In this document: positions 55,603-64,000 of the stretch, in pieces
Numbering within the stretch: position 1 is the first letter of the stretch
Layout of the letters: each line of letters begins with the position of its first letter
Source of the DNA: a virus
Reading direction: 5' to 3' (one strand)
Length of the DNA: 64,000 bases
IMG/VR virus record: IMGVR_UViG_3300025872_003406
Span: 1 to 64,000 of that record
Notes under the pieces: generated by a model
The model's database searches: none
What the model was told of the DNA's origin: nothing
Seen by the model: the letters and a program-made list of their open reading frames with translations, nothing else
Made by a program: the position numbers and the translations under genes

Positions 55603-58176
55603 ATGGCCAATAACATTCTACTCAAGAAGTCTTCGGTTGCCGCCAAGGTTCCTACCACTGGCGATCTGGATTACGGTGAACTCGCGCTCAATTACGCAGA
55701 CGGCGCGCTGTATTACAAGACATCGGGTAATGCAATTGCTCGTCTGAACCCGCCCGAGTCGATTGGATTTGCGAATGTAGCAGTTAGCGGACAGAGCACA
55801 CTTGTGGCTGACACAGCTACTGGAACATTGACAGTTGCTGCTGGAAATGGCGCAATTACTGTTACTACAAATTCTGGGACCGATACTTTAACAATTTCGC
55901 ATACTGACACCTCATCCGTGGCGAATCTTTCGTCCGATAATTCTGCGGGAGTAGTGCTGCAGGACATCGCATTTACATTTGATACCTACGGACACGTTCA
56001 AACTGCCACAGTTGCGACAACAAATCTAGATAGCCGTTACTTACAAACGGAATCTGATACTCTCGCAACAGTTACCACTCGTGGAAATACCACTGCCAAT
56101 TCCATTACTATCGGAGGCCTGACAGTCAACGGTGCTTCTTCACTGGCAGGCGATGTTACTAATGTCGATTCTATCTCATTCGACCTGACAGCAGCAGCGG
56201 CCACCGGCATCGGTAAACTATACTGGGATGCTGGATTCGGTCAATTGCGCTACGGACTAGGTGGAGGAAATGTCGAGGTTGCGATCGGACAGACTCAGGT
56301 AACATATGTCCGCAATGCTGAAACAAGCACAATCACAAAGGGTCAGGTAGTTTACCTGTTCGGCGCTCAGGGTGATCGTCCTTCAGTCAAGCTGGCATCA
56401 AATACAGCCGATACAACATCGAACAAGACTTTTGGTATCGCAGCAGAAAATATCGCTGCAAATAGCGATGGCTATGTTATCAACACTGGTATACTCAGCG
56501 GCGTTGACACTTCTGCTTATACTCCTGGAGATATTCTCTGGCTAGGATCGGCTGCCGGAACATACACAACGACAAAAGCTGTCGCACCAAATCACTTGGT
56601 CTTTATTGGAGTAGTAGTCAAGGCAAATCAAGGCGGAGGACAGATCTACGTCAAGCCTCAGAACGGATATGAGCTTGATGAGATTCACGATGTTCTGATC
56701 AGTGGAATTGGCCTGAATCATAGCCTGTTCTATGATAGCTCTGTCAATGTCTGGAAGAACTATGCTCCTTCTGCAGCACGCACAAACCTAGGCCTAGGAA
56801 CGATTGCAACGCAGAACGCAAATTCTGTTGCGATCACGGGCGGAGCAATCGATGGAACTCCGGTTGGTGCAACGACTCCAAGCACGGGCAAGTTCACAAC
56901 TCTGCAGACAACGGGTGATGCCACGATTGGCGGTAATTTGACAGTGAGCGGAACGACCACGACAGTCAATGCTCAGAACCTGAACATCACTGATAATCTG
57001 TTCTACCTGAACGCTGGATCGACAAACACGAATCCAGACATCGGTTTTGCTGCGAATTACAATGATGGAACATACCGCCACGCTGGATTCTTCCGCGATG
57101 CGACGGATGGTTACTGGAAGGTGTTCAAGAACTACACACCTGAGCCAGATGCCAGCATCTACATCGATACCTCTCACGCATCATTTGCTCTGGCCGACAT
57201 TCAGGCGGCTAACTTCCGTGGTGCTCTGGTGGGTAATGCCACGACAGCATCCACACTGGCAGGCACGCCGACGATCAATGGAGTTACATTCAATGGTGGA
57301 TCGAACATCACTATCACTGCCAGTACCACGAATGCTCTGACGATCGGTGATGGCCTGAGTGGTACAAGCTTCAATGGATCTGCTGCCGTCACAATTGCTG
57401 CCGATTCTACGATTGCACGACGCTCTGATGTTCATTATATCGGAACAACTAGTATCGCTCTGAATCGTACCTCGGCTGCTCAGACACTGACCGGCATCAA
57501 TGGATTGACGGCTGTTGGTACTGACCAAAGCATCACGCTGACTCCAACTGGGACGGGTGGAGTCGGTATTGGTACTTCAAGCCCGAATGAGTTGCTATCT
57601 ATCGGATATATCGATGGGTCATACGGAAGGATTGAATTCAGAAGCGCATCGTATGCTCGCCAGGCAATCATCGAGGGTGTAGATGATGCATCCGGTGGAA
57701 ACGGACACCTCGCAATCTATACTCGAAACAGTGGAAGTGTTTTTGAAAGACTGAGAGTTACAAGCACTGGTAGACTTGGAATTGGAACAACCAATCCAAC
57801 AGCAAAAATCCATGCGATGTCTGGCGCTGCTTATTTACGCGCTACGCTTGAATCGGAAACAACTCCGCAGATCATTATATCAAACGGAACGCAGATCATT
57901 AATTTTGGTATTAACGGCGACGTTATTCCTTCTGTCACAGCCCAAAGCAATGATCCGCTAGTATTTGGCACAAATAATATCGAGCGCGCACGTTTTACTG
58001 CAGCTGGTAATTTTGGTATTGGTACCACAAGTCCATCAGCAAAATTAAGTGTTGTCGGTACTTCTGATCAGACTCAGTTTTTAATAAAAATTATTCTTCT
58101 CAAGGAAATTATGCGTTTCAGCTTCAAAACAGTAGTGGAAATGCTGTACTCGCATTTGCTGCATCCGGAAGTATAG
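55603..58176 (+). CDS. Tail fibre protein, 5' part (frame breaks near 58086)
   Basis: ILLKKSSVAAKVP...L.YGELALNYADG.LYYK (Mtd-N-like start); GIGTTSP repeats; last ~30 codons look out of frame. Confidence 0.8.
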   Translation: MANNILLKKSSVAAKVPTTGDLDYGELALNYADGALYYKTSGNAIARLNPPESIGFANVAVSGQSTLVADTATGTLTVAAGNGAITVTTNSGTDTLTISHTDTSSVANLSSDNSAGVVLQDIAFTFDTYGHVQTATVATTNLDSRYLQTESDTLATVTTRGNTTANSITIGGLTVNGASSLAGDVTNVDSISFDLTAAAATGIGKLYWDAGFGQLRYGLGGGNVEVAIGQTQVTYVRNAETSTITKGQVVYLFGAQGDRPSVKLASNTADTTSNKTFGIAAENIAANSDGYVINTGILSGVDTSAYTPGDILWLGSAAGTYTTTKAVAPNHLVFIGVVVKANQGGGQIYVKPQNGYELDEIHDVLISGIGLNHSLFYDSSVNVWKNYAPSAARTNLGLGTIATQNANSVAITGGAIDGTPVGATTPSTGKFTTLQTTGDATIGGNLTVSGTTTTVNAQNLNITDNLFYLNAGSTNTNPDIGFAANYNDGTYRHAGFFRDATDGYWKVFKNYTPEPDASIYIDTSHASFALADIQAANFRGALVGNATTASTLAGTPTINGVTFNGGSNITITASTTNALTIGDGLSGTSFNGSAAVTIAADSTIARRSDVHYIGTTSIALNRTSAAQTLTGINGLTAVGTDQSITLTPTGTGGVGIGTSSPNELLSIGYIDGSYGRIEFRSASYARQAIIEGVDDASGGNGHLAIYTRNSGSVFERLRVTSTGRLGIGTTNPTAKIHAMSGAAYLRATLESETTPQIIISNGTQIINFGINGDVIPSVTAQSNDPLVFGTNNIERARFTAAGNFGIGTTSPSAKLSVVGTSDQTQFLIKIILLKEIMRFSFKTVVEMLYSHLLHPEV

Positions 58177-60341
58177 TTAGACCTGCTACAGTTGCCGGCG
58201 ATTTAACTCTTGAACAGCTTGGAGCTAATAGTATAACTTTCAATACAAATGGATCGGAAAAAGTCCGTATTACCAGTAGTGGTGATATTGGTGTTGGAAC
58301 TACGAGCCCAACCGCCAAACTTGATGTTTACGGCGGCGCTTCCGCAACACCTCAGACATATATTTTAGCTCGCGCTGGATCATTTACTACAGTTCTTGGA
58401 GCACAGGACAGTGCAGGAGTTGCACAAGAATCATTTGTTGGATCTCTGACAAACAACGATTTTAAGTTCAAGACGAACAATATCGAGTATATGCGTCTGA
58501 AGTCAGACGGAAACTTTGGCATTGGTACTACATCGCCGTCACAAAAGCTTGAGGTCACTGGTAATATAAAGCTGACAAATGGCGGATATATCTACGGAGA
58601 TGGCGCAAATGCTCAGTTACATTTAAGCAATGCGATGGGATCGCAGCTGATCTATGGAAGTGTAGCGGTACGCGCTCTGGCAGCATCCGTTAAACTTGTT
58701 GCAACTTCAGAAGAAATCTCTCTGGTTAATAATAATGGGTCGCTATGGCTTACTGGTGCAGGTAACGTCGGCATTGGTATTAGCGGTCCATCAACAAAAC
58801 TCCATGTGTATGGTGCAGATCAAAGAATGTCGATTTCTACGTCGACTGACTCAGCTTCTATTACACTAGGACAATGGGACGGAACTACAAATAGAATTGA
58901 ATCGTCAACCAGAAAACTATTTCTTACATCATATGCTGGAGGAATATCGCTGGGAGCGAGCGGCAGCGAACATTTTCACGTTTCTACTGCCGGTAACGTC
59001 GGTATCGGAACAACAACTCCATCTCAAAAATTGCATATAAGCGGAGGTAATTTATTAGTAAATAATAATGGAAGTGGAGATACAAATTCTGGAATAAGAA
59101 TAGTCTCATCAATAGGTACTACGCATTATAATTGGATGTTAGCCGCACAACAGAATGTTAATGCGGCATTTGAAATTACTCCTTCAACAGCAGTTGGAGG
59201 CACGACATTTAGCGCGCCGGTTGCAGTATTTTTACAAAGTGGTAATGTTGGCATTGGTACCACAACTCCTGCTTCAAAACTTGATGTGAACGGTAGCATT
59301 GCAGCTGCAGGGCCGATCTATGTTACCACCTCAAATCAGTCAAGCCTGCGTCTGATCAACAGCGCCACAAATGGAAAAGACTGGAACATCAATAGCTACA
59401 CAGATGGAGTACTTTACATTGGTGTCCAGAACGTAGCAAATTACCTGACAGTTTCATCGAGCTATACCTCAGTAAATGGAAATCTTGGAGTCGGTACTTC
59501 ATCCCCGTCCTACAAGCTCCATGTTATCGGTGATGCACGAATGGGCGCGAATGGACAGCGCCTATACTTCTTTGATGATGGTAATGCTCATATTCACTCC
59601 ACAAGCACTCCACTCTGGATAAATGCAGAGGATAATAGCAACATCTATATCAATCACCAGTATAACGGAGGAGTAATTCTCACGAAGTCCGGTGGCGGTA
59701 ATGTGGGTATCGGAGAAGGAAGCCCAACGCAGAAGCTCCATGTCGCAGGTAACGCTCGTATTACAGGTGCGCTTTATGATTCTGCAAATTCTGCAGGAAC
59801 AAACGGTCAGGTTCTGACATCAACAGGAACCGGTACAGCATGGTCTTCATCCGGAGTCGCAGTGTCTGGCACTGGTACTGCAGGAAAGATCGCAAAGTGG
59901 TCAGCAACGACTGCTCTGGCTGATTCTGTCATCACTGAATCTTCTGGCAATATCGGTATTGACACCACACCGACACAGAAGCTCGATGTCAATGGAAACA
60001 TCGGATGGGGTACGGATTATGTTCTGTCTTCGTCTACAATCACTACAACTGCCACAACAGCAAACCAGGTCATCACCTCCGTTGCTGCTACATCCTTCCG
60101 TACGTTCAAGTTCATCATTCAGGCGACCGATGCAACAGCAGGTAAGTATCAATCTCAGGAGATTCTGGCGGTTCACAACGGATCGACAGTGGCTCACACG
60201 GAATACACTGCGATCAACGTCGGTGGTGCGGTTGCCACATACGATGTGGACATCAGCGGAAGCACAGTTCGACTGCTCTGTACTCCACTCTCTGCGAACA
60301 GCACCGTTTTCAAGGTCTCGATGCAGCTGATCAAGGTTTAA
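58089..60341 (+). CDS. Tail fibre protein, 3' part (continuation in the -1 frame)
   Basis: Frame open from 58089 (NYSSQGNYAFQLQNSSG..) through ATG 58491 to the stop; GNVGIGTTTP.KL repeats. Confidence 0.75.
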   Translation, partial: NYSSQGNYAFQLQNSSGNAVLAFAASGSIVRPATVAGDLTLEQLGANSITFNTNGSEKVRITSSGDIGVGTTSPTAKLDVYGGASATPQTYILARAGSFTTVLGAQDSAGVAQESFVGSLTNNDFKFKTNNIEYMRLKSDGNFGIGTTSPSQKLEVTGNIKLTNGGYIYGDGANAQLHLSNAMGSQLIYGSVAVRALAASVKLVATSEEISLVNNNGSLWLTGAGNVGIGISGPSTKLHVYGADQRMSISTSTDSASITLGQWDGTTNRIESSTRKLFLTSYAGGISLGASGSEHFHVSTAGNVGIGTTTPSQKLHISGGNLLVNNNGSGDTNSGIRIVSSIGTTHYNWMLAAQQNVNAAFEITPSTAVGGTTFSAPVAVFLQSGNVGIGTTTPASKLDVNGSIAAAGPIYVTTSNQSSLRLINSATNGKDWNINSYTDGVLYIGVQNVANYLTVSSSYTSVNGNLGVGTSSPSYKLHVIGDARMGANGQRLYFFDDGNAHIHSTSTPLWINAEDNSNIYINHQYNGGVILTKSGGGNVGIGEGSPTQKLHVAGNARITGALYDSANSAGTNGQVLTSTGTGTAWSSSGVAVSGTGTAGKIAKWSATTALADSVITESSGNIGIDTTPTQKLDVNGNIGWGTDYVLSSSTITTTATTANQVITSVAATSFRTFKFIIQATDATAGKYQSQEILAVHNGSTVAHTEYTAINVGGAVATYDVDISGSTVRLLCTPLSANSTVFKVSMQLIKV

Positions 60342-60371
60342 TAAATAGGTAAAACCGGACTTTAACTACCA

Positions 60372-63300
60372 ATGGCAATCAAATCATTTCTTTCCGAGGG
60401 CGGATTTTCGGTCGGTTCTGTAGGATCGGCACCGATCGAGGTCATCGACTCGTCCGGCAATATCACTGCAGTGGGACTGACAGTCAGCGGCAACCTGACG
60501 GTCAATGGATCGACGACAACGATCAATTCCACGACAACCACGCTGGATGACCCGATCTTTACTCTGGGCGGTGATACGGTACCCGCATCAGATGACAACA
60601 AGGATCGTGGTATTGAGTTTCGCTGGCACGACGGATCGCTGGCCAAGGTAGGATTCTTCGGATTTGATGACAGCACGGGCAAGTTTGTATTCATCCCAAA
60701 TGCCACAAATACCAGTGAGGTTTTCAGTGGCACTATTGGGGCTATCGATCTGAGCGGATCTCTATCAGGCGGAACGGGTATTAACTTTAATGGTAGCACA
60801 GGAGCAATCACTAACACCGGCGTTACGTCGATCACCGGGACAAGCAATCAGGTTACTGCATCTGCGAGCACTGGGGCGATTACACTATCGCTTCCTCAGA
60901 ATATTCACGTTGAGGCACAACCGACATTTAGTAGTCTTACTGCGTATAACTTCTATCTAAGGAATAATAATACCAACTATATTGACGAAGGTTATGGATT
61001 TAGATTTCACCAACCATCGGGAGCTCATCCTGTTCAATTTGAAAAATCTATTCGTATAGGTGCAATCAATGCTAGTGGTACTGATTATGGATCTGGAAAT
61101 GTGTATGCACTTGGTAGTGGATATTTTGGATCTAGTACTGCCGCAACATCTACAGTAATCATTAATGCAGCGCAGGGTGCTGCACAGGGTGGCGCGTTCG
61201 GTATTCAAGGCGCAGGAACATGGCTGACTGGTTTAGGTACTCGAGCCGCGATCATCGGCAGTGGGACAGATCAGTCCACGATGCTGCAATCATATGCAGA
61301 TAACGTGTTTATCCATGCTGTTGGATCTACAAAAGCTGTATATCTGCAGATCAATAGCACGAATAAGCTGACAGTTGACAACACTTCTACTACAGTCGCT
61401 GGTAATTTAACAGTGCAGGGAACCGGTGATAGCACAGTTGCCGGAACTCTTGGCGTCGGTGGTGCTGCATATTATTCAGCAAAATTTACTGTTGACGGAA
61501 GTTCTATCGGATATAGTTGGGGCGTGACAAATACTCGTGGCGGTCATATCACAACAATCTCAAATCCTGATGGCGGAACAACCGCAAGTAATATAGCATT
61601 CCGCGTAAACAATTCTTCTGGTACTACACTGCTGCAATCCACATACGGTGGCGCAGTAACAATTCCTAGCACACTGACTGTTAATGGCGCTGAAGCTGCA
61701 ATATACGGTGCTGATGGATATCAGCTTAAATTAGGTTATAGCAGCGCTTATTTTTGGAAAATTGGAAGAAGTAGTTCTGGAACACTTATTTTCAATGATA
61801 GCGCAACAGATCAGATTTCTTTCACAAATACTGGTCGTCTAGGTATTGGTACTATTACTCCTGGAGCTAAGCTTCACGTGGCAGGACCACACGCAGATGA
61901 AGGTGCAGATCGTGCTGCTACAACAGCTTTGATTGTAGATACAAAAACTGATGGCACCGGAGACGGCAAGACTTATATTAAAACAGGATGGATTAATACC
62001 GGTAACTACGGAGTTTCTACGCTAGGTGTAGGATATTATGCATCAGGATCTCAGGTCAGAGATGTAATTACAATGCTTGGTACTGGTCGCGTTGGAGTTG
62101 GTACTACTACTCCAACGCAAAGATTACACCTGAACGGTGGTGTTCTACGTATTTCTGGTGGAGGCGCAAGCAGCAACGGCGAAATCAATCTTGACAGCGG
62201 CACGGAATACGATGGATGGCAGGTCAGAAAAGAATCATCCACAATGTGGGGCGTCAAATCCGTCACATCTGGTAATGATCTGGCAATCTTCGTAGATAAC
62301 ACAACAGCACGCGGTGTCTATATCAAGACTGGCGGCAACGTTGGTATCAATCAGACAAATCCTCAGCATAAGCTTGATGTTGGCGGCGCGATTCGTACTA
62401 CAGACTGGTTATACATTGAGAATTCAAATTTTGGTATCTACAGTAACGCGAGTACGGCATATTTCTCAACATCTACGAATAATTGGGATATCTCTTCTGG
62501 CCCAGGCCAAACGTGGTCGGGCTTGAGATTGTATTCAGGCGGCAGAGGTAATACGTGGCGCGGCCATTTTTATGGGGATGCTGATGGTCAAGGGTTCCTC
62601 AATTCTGCTGGAAACTGGCAACTTACTGTAGATTCATCGTCCAGACTTCGTGTCTATGCCGGTGTGTATAATATGGATTCTGGTATCCGCATTGTTAATC
62701 CTGGCGGTGCAGCATATACCACAGTTACTTCTTCAGTAACTGGCGCATTTAAGATCAAGCTGCCGACAAATCGTTTCAAGTCAGAAACGATGATGAGAAT
62801 GACAGTAAAGATTTACCAATATACAACTGGTCAATCTCACGAATTTGAAATTGGTGGTTATAATTATAGCAACGCAGCAGCTGATTGGTTAAATATCTTT
62901 GCAGAACAAAAGAGCGATGCTGCAACAGCACCGTTTACGATTCGCTTTGGTAATGATGGTACATCGCAGTGTATCTGGATCGGTGAAACTACTACTGTAT
63001 GGTCATATCCGCAGGTATATGTCACTGAGTTTCAAGGCGGATTTAGTGGCACAACTTCTTCTTGGGCATCTGGATGGACTATCTCGCCAGTCACCACACT
63101 TGATACTGTTACACAAAGCCGTACTGCAGCGCTAGTCGTCAATAGCAACAACATCGGTACGTACGGAGTAAGCTCGATAACTGGTACAGCAAATCAAGTT
63201 ACTGCATCGGCAAGCACTGGAGCTGTCACTCTGTCACTACCGCAGAACATCCATACTGGAGCAACTCCGACGTTCGGCGGCGGTACGCTGAATGGCACAC

Positions 63301-64000
63301 TGACGGTTGTCAAGAGTAATGGCGGTAATGTGAATGGATCCGCTAACGCTGCGATTTATCTGTCGCAGGATGAAAGCTCGATTCAAGGCCCAGGTACGAA
63401 TACAGTTATTCGTATGGGCGGCAATCTTGTATTAGGAGCAAATAGCACCTGGATTGCTGCGACGAACGGCACAGCAGCGATCACTGTCAATAACTCTCAG
63501 AATACGACGCTTGCCGGCAATCTTACTGTCCAGGGAACAGGAACCTCGAGTGTTGCCGGATCTGTTAATGTCGATGGAAGTATTAATTTCTTGCGCGGTA
63601 GTGGTGATTATAGCACTTATATTAAATCTAGTGATTATATCGATGCTGGATATAATTCATCTACATTAAGATATTGGATCGAACTTGGAGCAAAAGGCGG
63701 AACGCACATTGTTCTCAATACCGATGGCTCCGCTACAGCGGCAGAAAACTCATATGACCATTTTACGATCTGGCAATATACGAATGGATCCGGAGCAATT
63801 GCTGCTGGCGCCCGGAAATTCTGGATCACTAACACCGGTCGAGTTAATTTAATTAATGGCCTTTGGCATAAATCTGCCGATGGAATTGAAAGATTTTATT
63901 ACGATACAAGTGGAACTTCGTATTATAAAGGTGGCGGGACTGGAAGTATTCACGTTTTCCGAAATGCAAGTGATGTAGATATCTTAACTCTCAGTAATGC
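60372..64000 (+). CDS. Tail fibre protein (runs off the window end)
   Basis: AATAAATA upstream; MAIKSFLSEGGFSV..., DDNKDRGIEF, GIGT.TP..KLHV repeats; same frame at the points checked up to 64000. Confidence 0.85.
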   Translation, partial: MAIKSFLSEGGFSVGSVGSAPIEVIDSSGNITAVGLTVSGNLTVNGSTTTINSTTTTLDDPIFTLGGDTVPASDDNKDRGIEFRWHDGSLAKVGFFGFDDSTGKFVFIPNATNTSEVFSGTIGAIDLSGSLSGGTGINFNGSTGAITNTGVTSITGTSNQVTASASTGAITLSLPQNIHVEAQPTFSSLTAYNFYLRNNNTNYIDEGYGFRFHQPSGAHPVQFEKSIRIGAINASGTDYGSGNVYALGSGYFGSSTAATSTVIINAAQGAAQGGAFGIQGAGTWLTGLGTRAAIIGSGTDQSTMLQSYADNVFIHAVGSTKAVYLQINSTNKLTVDNTSTTVAGNLTVQGTGDSTVAGTLGVGGAAYYSAKFTVDGSSIGYSWGVTNTRGGHITTISNPDGGTTASNIAFRVNNSSGTTLLQSTYGGAVTIPSTLTVNGAEAAIYGADGYQLKLGYSSAYFWKIGRSSSGTLIFNDSATDQISFTNTGRLGIGTITPGAKLHVAGPHADEGADRAATTALIVDTKTDGTGDGKTYIKTGWINTGNYGVSTLGVGYYASGSQVRDVITMLGTGRVGVGTTTPTQRLHLNGGVLRISGGGASSNGEINLDSGTEYDGWQVRKESSTMWGVKSVTSGNDLAIFVDNTTARGVYIKTGGNVGINQTNPQHKLDVGGAIRTTDWLYIENSNFGIYSNASTAYFSTSTNNWDISSGPGQTWSGLRLYSGGRGNTWRGHFYGDADGQGFLNSAGNWQLTVDSSSRLRVYAGVYNMDSGIRIVNPGGAAYTTVTSSVTGAFKIKLPTNRFKSETMMRMTVKIYQYTTGQSHEFEIGGYNYSNAAADWLNIFAEQKSDAATAPFTIRFGNDGTSQCIWIGETTTVWSYPQVYVTEFQGGFSGTTSSWASGWTISPVTTLDTVTQSRTAALVVNSNNIGTYGVSSITGTANQVTASASTGAVTLSLPQNIHTGATPTFGGGTLNGTLTVVKSNGGNVNGSANAAIYLSQDESSIQGPGTNTVIRMGGNLVLGANSTWIAATNGTAAITVNNSQNTTLAGNLTVQGTGTSSVAGSVNVDGSINFLRGSGDYSTYIKSSDYIDAGYNSSTLRYWIELGAKGGTHIVLNTDGSATAAENSYDHFTIWQYTNGSGAIAAGARKFWITNTGRVNLINGLWHKSADGIERFYYDTSGTSYYKGGGTGSIHVFRNASDVDILTLSN

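Noticed and set aside
1-64000. Stop-codon reassignment or prophage context
   Set aside because: Core genes are intact in the standard code and end in all three stop codons; no integrase or host housekeeping genes are seen.

Overview
This is a 64-kb segment of a large T4-like myovirus genome; no host or integration genes are visible. 1-700 is a non-coding block with an initiator-like tRNA-Met(CAT) flanked by three unexplained structured RNA candidates. 0.7-22 kb is an accessory region containing a filamentous-haemagglutinin (TPS-domain) protein plus an outer-membrane beta-barrel, a HAD phosphatase, an ATP-dependent DNA ligase, a lipoprotein with u-spanin-like topology, and a late-promoter operon encoding CsgF, CsgG, a curlin-like repeat protein, a FecR-domain protein and an intact CHASE2 adenylate cyclase. 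It also holds many small early genes behind a repeated promoter cassette that appears to make leaderless mRNAs, and an AT-rich island. 22-26 kb holds gp33, gp59 and gp32. 26-47 kb is the tail/baseplate module (tape-measure-like gene, gp51, gp26, gp54, gp2, gp4, gp48, gp53, hub, gp5, gp25, gp6, gp7, gp8, split VrlC-like protein). 47-64 kb is a tandem array of long fibre genes; one is frameshifted and the last runs off the window. The most notable signals are the curli-pore/FecR/cyclase module, the TPS adhesin cassette, the leaderless early regulon, a probable -1 frameshift joining gp26 to gp51, and several stem-closed ncRNA candidates. All calls come from motif recognition by eye; no database searches were run.
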